DNA of 64,000 nt from Vermamoeba vermiformis (Eukaryota): the NCBI GenBank assembly GCA_045837725.1, contig JBEWZL010000179.1, forward strand, positions 248,001 through 312,000, read 5' to 3'. Below the pieces are notes generated by a model. It was not told where the DNA came from and searched no databases. It worked only from the letters and a program-made list of their open reading frames with translations. Both the position numbers and the translations under genes were made by a program. Positions 53,943-64,000 of this stretch are shown here, piece after piece (the stretch's first letter is position 1; each line of letters opens with the position of its first letter).

Positions 53943-56900
53943 ATGTCAATTCATTACAAATTTCGCAGTGCGAGAGAATATGACACAATAACAGTAGACG
54001 GTGGCTTCATCTCTTTGTTTGATTTAAAAAAAGCAATTATCGAAGCGAAAAAGCTTGGAAAAAGCATGGACCTCGATCTTGAGGTTGTTAATGCACAGAC
54101 CAATGAAGGTAAATATTATTATAATTATTCATTCATTTCTGCAATCATTTTTTGCTAACACGCCATCGACAGCTTACACTGACGAATCGACCCTGATTCC
54201 AAAGAACACATCAGTAATTGTTAGACGTGTGCCAACAACTAAAATGGCCTCTTTAGTTCAACCAGCATCGGCTCCGTAAGTAGACAGCAAGATCTGAATT
54301 CCTTTGGCGCCAAAAACTAACTGTTCTTTGAAGGACGCACGTAGCTGTAATGCAAGAGAAGCCCGCAGAAGCACCCCACCACAACAACAGTATCAGCAGT
54401 ATCAACCACCGCAGCAACAATATCAACCACCTCCACAACAAGCACCAGTGCAGCCGCAAGTTGCACCGCTTGTTGTTCCCACCGAATCCGGGACACCGAC
54501 CGTGGGTGGCGAAGAAGACCGCATTATGGCACTCATCAATCAAGCAGACGACTGGCAGTAAGTAGCAATAGGCTATTGATCTTTATTCGCAAATACTAAC
54601 GTGGTTACAGTGCCACTGGTACGACCAAAGACACAGGCATGACACCTGGTGGTCACAGAGGTCCCGGCAAGTTCACGCGTCAGTACGAACAGAAAGTACC
54701 GCCGCCCAACTACATTTGTCACCGCTGCAATCAGCCTGGTCACTTCATCAATCAGTGCCCGACTAATGGTGACCCGTCGTTTGACATTCCCAAAGTCAAG
54801 AAGCCGACTGGCATTCCGCGCATGTACCTGAAGCCAGTGGCTGGTGGTGACAGTCGTCCTTCGCTGATATTGCCTGGCGGTCAGTTTGCTGTGATGGCTG
54901 CTAATGAAGAGGTGCTTCAACGAGAAGTTGCGAAGACAAAGCAAGTTGACACGTCAATCCCCGACAGTTTGCGTTGCCCGCTCTGTGGCGGTCTGCTTAA
55001 CGATGCCGTGCTCATTCCGTGTTGTGGCTACAGTTTTTGTGAAGAGTGTATGTTATCTTTCTTTACGGTATTTTTATATTCTATTTACGTTTTTTCTATA
55101 CATAATTTCCTTTTTTATTTCAATTTCATTATTTTTAATAAATGTCCCTTATTCGATTCTACTGGCGCTCTGCTAAGGGTTGATCAACAAACCCCCCTCT
55201 TTGAGAGGGTGAAGCCGGACGAACGAAAAATTAAGCAAGTGAACATATTTGTAATTGAGTCCTCAACAGGTATTCGCCCGCAATATCCGAATGATGTGAT
55301 CAACTGTCCCATGTGTCACAAGACCAGTTCAGCATCGAGATTGGTCCCCAACTTAACGCTGAGAACAGCAGTGGAGCAGTTCAAGAAGAACCGCGAGGAA
55401 ATGAAAGTCAACCGTGTCATTCCTCAGCGACCGCCTGAAGTTCCGCGCACCATGCCTACTGGTCCCGCAATGCCTCTTCGCAGCATTCCAACTGTCGTGT
55501 CTGACACACCAACGACTGTTGTGCCTGCCTATCCTGCTGTGACATTGCCCGTGAAGACAGAAATGGTGCAGCCCTTGCCTTCAGCTGTCACCGAGCCAAC
55601 AACTGTCACACCCGCCACTAGTGAACCTCCTGTTGAAGAAGTTCAACTCGAAGGAAATGACTCGCCGCCATATTCGCCAAGCAAAGGTTTGGGAGATGAT
55701 GCGTCAGACGATAAAAGGTAAGTGTTCAATTCGACATTCGAGGACCGCGAATAGTGTTACTGACTGTAGTTATCAGCACTCGTGCCAAGTCTCCTGGCAG
55801 CACAAAAGATGAGAAAGAAGACAATAAAGAGAACAAGGACAAAGACGGCAAGGACAACAAAGACGACAAGGACAAAGGAGCTGATGATAAGCAGTACTAC
55901 CAGAACCAGGGCCAGTATGGCTATTACGGTGGGCAATATCCAAAAGGAACTCGCTACTGCTTTGTATGCGGCAGTCCTGGTCATCAAGCACGCGAATGTC
56001 CCAATCGACAAGCTATTGAGGCTGCTTACAGTGCCTATGGCTACCCACCTTATTACATGGATCCTGCAGCGGCCGCATACTATGGCGGTGCTTATCCTGG
56101 TTATGGCTATGACCCACGCATGCAAGGTTATCAAGACGATTGGCGTCGACGTAGACGTTCACGCAGTCGAGGTCGCAGTCGCAGTCCCAGAGGTCGTTCT
56201 CGCAGTCCACGTGGCCGCAGTCCTAGAAGAAGCCCTCGTCGTTCCAGAAGCAGAGGACGTAGCGGTGACAGACGTCGTAGAAGTCCTTCCCGTGATCGAG
56301 GTTCAAAGCGAAAGCGAAGCACTTCCCGAGAGGACAAGCGCGACGATAAATCCAAGCGAGCGCGCACCGACGACAAAGACCGCAAAGATGATAAGAGCCC
56401 AAGGGATGACAAGGTCAAGAAAGATGACCGCAAAGACGATAAAGCTAAAGACGACAAAGAGCGTGCAAGCAGCAGAGACAAAGATAAGACTGAAGCCAAG
56501 CAAAGTGCAACCGAAGAGGTAACCAAGATGGACGTCGATGAGCCCAAAGAACAAGAGAAGGAGGCCACTTCTTCTGCAAAGAGCAAACCGAAAGAGGACG
56601 ATCGAAGAAGTCGTGACGACAAGGATCGTAAAGACAGCAAGCGTGATGAGAGTCGCAAGGAAGACAAGAAAGACGATCGACGAGATCGCGATGATAAAGA
56701 TAAAGATCGACGTGCCAGTGATAAGCGCGATGACAAAGACAGAAAAGATGACAAAGATCGTCGTGACACGAAAAAAGACGAAAAGAAAGAGGAGAAGAAG
56801 GACGACAAACGCTCTGAACGAAAGGATGAGAAGCCAAAGGGCGACAAGCAGGATGACAAGAAAGACTCCAAGAGTGATCGCCGCGACGAACGCAAAGATG

Positions 56901-57676
56901 ACAAACCTCGTGCTGAGAAGAAAGAAGACAAGCGCGATGATAGGAAAGAAGAAAGCCGCAAAGAGGAGAAAGACAAACGTGAGGACAAGAAAGACGATCG
57001 TCGAAGTAGCGACAAGCGTGATGACAAGCGTGATCAAAAGAAGGACGACAAACGCGACGACAAGAAGGATGACCGCCACAAGCGCGATGAACGAAAAGAA
57101 GACAAGAAAGATGAACGTCGTGATGACAAACGTGAGTCCAAGAAAGATGAGAAAAAAGACGACAGGAAAGAAGAGTCTCGCCGAGACGACAAGCGCACGG
57201 ATGCGAAGAAAGACGAGCGCAGGGACGAAAGAAGACCTGGCGAGAAGAAAGAAGAGAAGGCAGCTGATCCTAAGAAAGACGAAAAGAAAGACGAGCCTTC
57301 GCGCAAGAGGAAGTTAGACGAGTCAAGTGGCTCGACTGGCAGTGTGGCGAAGAAACCACGTCTTGAGAGTGCTGTGCGCGTAGTACAGCTGTCAAGTGAT
57401 CGCGAAGAAGAGCCGCGTGTGAAAATCATCCCGCCCGACCATACGCTGAAAGAGCGCGAGAACAAAGAGAAGCGCAAGTCAATCATTCACGAGATATTGA
57501 CTGGCCGACGCGACAAAGAGGACAAGGAAAAGCTGCGCAAGTCAGGCGAGAAGAAAGACGACAAGAAAGAGCGCGAAGTGTTCATTGAGGGCAAGAAGAT
57601 GGCCGTCACTATCAGTCCGAAGAGTGAGCGCAAGGATGCCAAGCGAAGTGAAGAACGTCGAGATCGAAGACGATAG
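53943..57676 (+). CDS. RBBP6: RBBP6/Mpe1-like protein: DWNN, zinc knuckle, RING, second knuckle, RS and K/D/R/E-rich tail
   Basis: MSIHYKFRS..LIPKNTSVIVRRVP; PPPNYICHRC..GHFINQCPT; CPLC..CCGYSFCEEC|I..CPMC; CFVCGSPGHQAREC. Confidence 0.9.
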
Positions 57677-57798
57677 ATGTACAATCAAATAACATTGTCA
57701 ATTTTGTACTTGCATGTAAATAAAGTTGGAATTTAACCTCCAATGAATGTAGTTTCGAGCTATTTATAAACGAGGGGAGTATTTACAAGTGGGCGTGC

Positions 57799-58722
57799 CT
57801 AGTCCTTGATAGGCGTGGGCTCAGTAGCCACGCTCGCGTTGTTCTTCAAGAATGCAGGCAGTTTGAGTCGCAAGCCCAGCACGGTGAAGCCAACACCGAG
57901 GAGCAGCACCGCGACGGTGTTGACAGATCTGACGAGCGCTGGGAAACTTCGAATAGCGTAGTTTGAGTAGAGGCCCATAGCAATGGTGACTATGGCCATA
58001 GCATAGCTGAGCAAGCCGAGCCAGCGGTGATATTTGCGCCATTGCACTTCAGTAATGCTGGCGGGAAATGTCGCGCTGCTTGGTGGCTTGCTGGGCGTAC
58101 GAAGGTAGATGTAGAGCCCAAGCAGCAATTGAACCGCTGAAAGTATCACAGTGATCAACCCAAAAATACTATAATCATTGTTAGTCGCAGTATACTACGG
58201 TGAAGAAACTTCATGAATACATTTCAGATCTTACGTCAGATCTGGACTTACCTGTGATATGTTGCAAAATGGCGCTTATCCAGGGCAATTTTATGATATA
58301 AAATCGCTGTATATAATTGAAATTAGAGCAGTCACAAAATAAAAAATCAAAATACCGAAATTCAATTCGTTTCAAAAATTAAACGCGTAACAAGTCAAAA
58401 TATTTTGGGAATATAGAGCTAAAAATATTAAATAATTACCAATAAAGCCCAGGGCAATCATAAGGCTCGAGGTTAAGTTGATCCAAGTATGAACTCGTAC
58501 TTTCGACTTTCTATCAGTCTCATCAGTCGTATACTTAACGACATTATCTGTGTTGAAATATAAAAATAGCATAGCTTGCGTGGCTAAGAATAAATAGCCA
58601 ATTGACATGTACACTGGATGAAAGTTGAAAGTCGCCAGCACACGCTCAGCAGATCTGAATACGTGAACAGTAGTGACCATCGGAATGGTCATACTGAGGA
58701 GATTTACTATCAGACCTAACAT
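57799..58722 (-). CDS. Cytochrome b561-domain membrane protein, 3 exons
   Basis: FNFHPVYMSIG, RVHTWI, HFATYHS, KYHRWLG heme-ligand histidine pattern. Confidence 0.8.
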
Positions 58723-58881
58723 GGCTGTCTTGTTACTGAGATCTGACAAATGATGAAATAGCACGCACAGAAAGATTCCAAAAATGTCAACAAACCGAAA
58801 CCGGCTACTACAAGACTGTGACGATCATTTAACCTGAAGGGTTAATATGGAATGTTATTTTCTATTAACAGTGCTCGTGAA

Positions 58882-60313
58882 TTAAGCTATGATACAACGT
58901 TTCTCTTGTTTTACTTCGGCGCTTTCAGAGTCCTGGTCGCGATCCAGTAACTTGTCCAATAACTTCTCGTAATAAGGGACCTGTGGGGATTTAGTACGAT
59001 ATAGAGCTGCATAACAAATACGATAAATCGTACCATGTAGTGTTCTTTGGCCGTAGGATCTGGTTGTTCAAGCACGCGCATCTCAAAAGGTCCGTGCACG
59101 ATAGTTTTGCGCTCAGCCGAGCCAGTGGTCCAGCGGAACAATGCTGCTCCTGTGCTGAAGTGCTGCGCAGACCTGTGAGTACCATACAACAGCCACATGA
59201 TGAGCTCGATTACGTACGAATGGATTGATCTCAATGACGTAGATTTTGTCCTTGAGCACGGCAAAATCAATGGTGTAACTCGTGTGTTTGACGCGCTGTT
59301 TGACACGTGTCTCCCAAAACTCGATGACACGTCGTGCAATCTCGTCTTTCTGCTGCACGAGCTCTGGCCAGTAACAGAAGTGAAAGTACTGTGACAGCGC
59401 GTTGAACTTTTGTTTGCAGACGAATCCTCTGAACTCTGCACTCATGTCATTAGCGGTGATCACAGCGAGGTCAGTATCGCGTACCAGCACTGAGTGGGAA
59501 GTCAATCCACTTGCGAATGACGACGTACATGGGCGTGTCAATGCTCTTCGCTCTGTCCTGCGCGCTCTTCAGATCTTGATACACGCGCGAACTGTCTGTC
59601 ATCATCTGTGACACGTGTCATGCGATCCGTCCTCGTGGCAATACAGTCATTGTACACCTTACCTTAATGACCTCGCGACCACTCGTGTACTTCATGGCGT
59701 GCGTGCCAGCATTGATGAATGCAATCACTTCGTCATTGGCTGTGATGTGTTTGTTCGCGGCCTGCAGCTTGTTGATCTCTGACTTCAACAGTGCTTCGAC
59801 CTTGTCATTCTTGCTTTCAAATACAACGTCTTTGGGACTGTCACGTGATATTAGTGCTATTTTTAGCTGTTAGTCTTCGCAGCTAATGCTCACCTGCGCG
59901 TGTTCAATTTGACAAATGCGGCACCCCCAAACTCTTTCAGCTGTTTGTCGATCTCAGCTTCCAACTGATGCTAATGAGTATATATGCACCGAATATTAGC
60001 GACTTACTGATTCCAAGACGCTACTGGTGGATGTGGAGTCTGGTTTGTGACGACTGCCGTAAGAACTCGCGTTGATTAAGGCGTCAATTATTTCTGGTGT
60101 TAATTGTATAAATTTTGTCTCGAATGTAAGGTCTTCAATATCATAGTACCACGTGTTCATTTCATATTCTTGAGCTAATAAAAGAAAACTGTAAATCCGC
60201 TCTCCCGACAATTTTAAAATTGATCACGGCGAGTTAATCTGAATCATACCTACTTGGGGACCTTCTTTGTCGTATCCAATTAATTCTTTCTCTTCTTCAG
60301 GCGAGATTTCCAT
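58882..60313 (-). CDS. CDC123/D123-like (R2K clade) ATP-grasp protein, multi-exon, ending in CIIA
   Basis: WY..TFETKFI, AFVKLNTR|SPKD, EFRGFV..ALSQY, YTIDF, VIEINP; the last exon in phase 0 reads VPYYEKLL..EKRCIIA*. Confidence 0.8.
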
Positions 60314-60658
60314 GTCAGTTAAACTTGGATCTGGTTTTATTCTTGTCCAATAGTGGGATTTATTTAGTAAATCCTCTTGATTATTTTTTTTCAATTAAAT
60401 GGCTAGTCTTGTGCACGTGTGCCTGGGTGGTTGTCTTTGATTAACGATAAATTTTTAGAAATTTACTTTTGCCGGTCATTTCAGCTAACACAACAGTGCG
60501 ATTTCCGAGCCGCTGTAATATTGCTAATAGTTCAACAATAAGCCACCTTTAATTGAGTTCTCTGCTTAGATCTTACATGTAAGTCGTTAAAATTCGGTTA
60601 GCAAAAATAGACATTTAAATTCATTGAATATATTGGCATATATTAATTGTTCGTAAGA

Positions 60659-61719
60659 ATGGGGAATCAAGCATCAGTGGAAGACATGCAAAAAATAATA
60701 AAAGAAGCCAAAGAGACGAAGACATTAAATTTACAAAATAAGAATTTGACCAAACTGCCCTCAGTTAAACTCGATTATGAAGCCATCACTGGTCTGGACC
60801 TGTCCTACAATCAATTTGACGACATTCCCGACGCAGTCAGCAAGTTCCCCAATCTCACATTTTTATCACTGGCCAATAACAAGATTGCTCGCTTTACAAT
60901 CCCTCCAATGCGCAAACTCGAGAAAATAGATCTGGCTTTCAATCCACTCGTTGAATTGCCGTCAGATCTGCACGAGAAAACACCGAACCTATTAGCCTTA
61001 ACCATATATGACTGCGCAGTGACTAGTCTGCCCATCCAGACATTTACAACACTGAAGCACTTGACTGCAATAGTCAATGGCAATCACTTGCACATTGGGC
61101 CCGATCACATTCCATACGAAATCACTGCACGACTTCCAGGCACGTGATTCGCTTTTTTCCAAATTAGGAAAATGTCAGTCTAACCAAAACACAGGCATCA
61201 ATGACCAGCACGTGGCTTCAGAGATTATCGACAATTTTCTATATTTGGGCTCCGTCCGAGCAGCGCAGAACTGGAGTGAATTCGAACGACTGAACATCAC
61301 GCACGTGGTGTGTATGACGAGCATGCATCAACTGCCATTCGAGGGCAAAGTGAATTACAAGCGCGTGAAAATTGAAGACTACGAGACTGAGAACATTGCA
61401 CAGCACTTTGAAGAGGTGAATGTGTTCATTGACGAGTGCAAACAGAAGAATGGTGCCGTGTTGGTGCACTGTGCGGCGGGTGTGTCGCGGAGGTAAGTCA
61501 CAAATCATAGATATCTCACGACAGCTCATCGACACGTGTCAAAACAGTGCCTCAGCAGTACTCGCCTACGTCATGTCTCGGCACAACAAATCGCTCAAAG
61601 AGGCGACTGAGTTGGTGTCCAAGCGCCGTCCGTGCATTTGTCCGAACAATGGCTTTCAAAAACAGTTAGAAATCTACGAACAAGAGCTGAAACAAGGCAA
61701 AGCTAGTGACGCGTTGTAG
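60659..61719 (+). CDS. LRR plus dual-specificity phosphatase (Dictyostelium Mpl-like), 3 exons
   Basis: MGNQAS myristoylation-type start; LRRs LDLSYNQF, LSLANNKI; DSP blocks LYLGS, VHCAAGVSR|SA, PNNGFQKQL. Confidence 0.9.
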
Positions 61720-61778
61720 TTGTAAATAAAGAGTAAATAAATACATGCCGCTTTAATGTTAACTATACAAGTGTTGGT

Positions 61779-64000
61779 TTAGTTCTCTTCTTCTTCACCT
61801 TCTTCCTCTTCGTATTGTTCATCGAGTGTGCGCTGCACTTGTTTCTTGTTCACTGAAACAATTTCATCGCCCACTTTCATATCGTAGAATTGACCGCCTA
61901 AACTGATACCGCACTCTTGACCGAATTTGACTGATTTGACATTTTCTTTGAAGTGCTTCAAGTTGTGAATGTCAGCTTCGTGAATCATTTTGCCATCACG
62001 CCAGATCTGCACTTCATCACCACGACGAAGAGTGCCGAGAATAACTGAACAGCCTGCAATGTATGTGATCTGAGTCTTCTTGGAGCCCTTGAACTCGAAT
62101 ACTTGCAAAATCTAATGCAGTTAAATTAGCAACAACGATACATTGACAAGTGACGGGTGACGCGTACCTTTGCACGGCCATTGACAGTGACTTCTTCGCG
62201 CGGCTTCAATTGTTTCTCCAATGCGCCCTTGAGCCAGTCGACAAGACCGAAGATGACTCGGAACGATTGCACTTCCACGCCTGCTTTGGCAGCAAGATCG
62301 CGCACTTTCTGTGGCAGTGACACGTTGAAGCCTAGAATGATGCAGCGAGGCTCAGCGAGTGTGGCGTCATCGACATCTCGCTCGGTGATTGCACCGACAC
62401 CAGCATTCACAATGCGAATTCTAAACTCGGTCTGTGGGATTTGATTGATGGCGTCACGAATGGCTTCAAGTGATCCACCGACATCGCCCTTGACCATGAC
62501 AGGAATGTCGCGAATGCTCTTCTCATCGCGGATGCGTTGTTGTTTGCGCAAAAATGCCTCTTCGTCTTCACCGAGTTCAATAGCTCGTTTTCTGTCTTCT
62601 TCTTCACGCAGTAATTCAGCGTGACGACGTTTCTGTTGCTGTAAATAGGCTTGTTGATTGATCTTGTCTGCTCGTTCTGCCTTTCTAAATTCAGCGATAG
62701 ATTGAGCGGTGGACTCGTCTTCAACCACAATCAACGTGTCACCGGGCTCTGGAACAGCGTCAAAGCCGTGAATGTCGTACGGGAAGCCAGGCACAGCTTC
62801 TTCAACGCGCTTGCCTTCAGCATCAAACATCCACCGTACTTTGCCCCACGTCTCACCGCACACAAACACGTCGTTGCGCTTGAGTGTGCCGATCTGCACG
62901 AGGGTCTTCACGATCACACCGAGCTTGTTGTCTTTGCGACTCTCAATCACTGCGGCCTCAGCTGGTCCCTTGCGATCAGCGCGCAAGTCCATCAGACCTG
63001 CTTGCGTGGCAATCAACTCTTGCAGCTTGTCCACACCTTTGCCGGTCAAGCCACTGATCGCAATGGTTGGAATATCACCGCCAAAGTCCTCTAGCTGAAT
63101 GCCTGCTTTGTTCAACTGAATTTTCACTTTCTCTGGATCTGCATCGCGCTTGTCAATCTTGTTCAGCGCTACAATCATCGGCAGTTTGGCCTCTTGAATG
63201 TGTTTGATGGCCTCGTAGGTCTGTTCTTGCACGCCGTCATCAGCTGCCACCACGAGCACGGCAATGTCTGTCAATTGTGCGCCTCTTTTGCGCATTTTGA
63301 TAAAAGCCTCGTGACCGGGCGTGTCCAACACTGTGATCTGTTCTCCGGTCTTCAGTTTCGCTGTCATTGTAGTGTTAATGTCACATGCATTCATATATCG
63401 CGATAGTACTACATACTGATAAATGCGCCCAAGTGCTGTGTGATGCCACCAAATTCATTGTCGGCGACATTTGACTTCTTCAATCGATCTATATGGCGTT
63501 ATTAATAACGCCTTCTTAATGAAGTGTTGTTGTTTTTTACATACCCAACAGCGTGGTCTTGCCGTGGTCAATGTGACCCATAATTGTGACGACAGGAGGT
63601 CGTGTCGGGAACGATGGATCTGACACGCGTCGTCGTGGCATTCGATCTTTGAAACTTTGTGTTTTTCTGACTGGTATACGATCATATTCAGCCTGTAATA
63701 TTCGGGTCATATTATAGCGTGATCACATTATGTAGTTTTAGTTGGATCCGCAGACTTACCACCACTAGATCGACGAGATCTTTGTTCAACAAATCTTCAG
63801 AGGTCTCGGGACACTCGTTCATCTTAATAAGCACTTTCAATATGTCCACTGTACGCACTCCCAGGGCACTAGACAGGCCCTTAGCACTAATGTATTCAGG
63901 CAGCTCTATTTCAGTGTCTCGTCTGTGCTCGACGCGCTGTTGTCGCTTTTCAAATTGAATTTTCAAGCGCAGCGCATTGGCTTTCTTTTTAGGAGCCTCT
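61779..64000 (-). CDS. MTIF2: Mitochondrial (bacterial-type) translation initiation factor IF-2; 5' end lies outside the window
   Basis: [58 protein letters not shown]. Confidence 0.95.

Overview
This is gene-dense, intron-rich eukaryotic nuclear DNA, not prokaryotic. It has short GT-AG introns with CTAAC/CTGAC-type branch points and very short intergenic spacers. The gene content (poly-HAMP hybrid kinase, WASH subunit, fimbrin, LRR-DSP phosphatase, CDC123-like ATP-grasp, giant-virus-style ankyrin) suggests a free-living amoeba or related protist; that is an inference. I reconstructed about 27 protein-coding loci by hand-splicing, and multi-exon genes are given as whole spans. The window also holds one intact tRNA-Arg(ACG) and a ~2.2 kb gene-free, decayed island (7.3-9.5 kb) with tRNA-like relics and direct repeats. 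The strongest unexplained signal is the 12-bp palindrome TGACACGTGTCA: I found 8 exact copies by eye, all inside short internal introns of 7 unrelated genes, plus several near-matches. Other notable items are a membrane receiver-adenylate cyclase, a REXO1-like protein without its nuclease domain, a CaaX-tailed CDC123-like enzyme, a frameshifted F-box/ankyrin gene, and two possibly regulatory introns. No database searches were run; family calls come from motifs I recognise.
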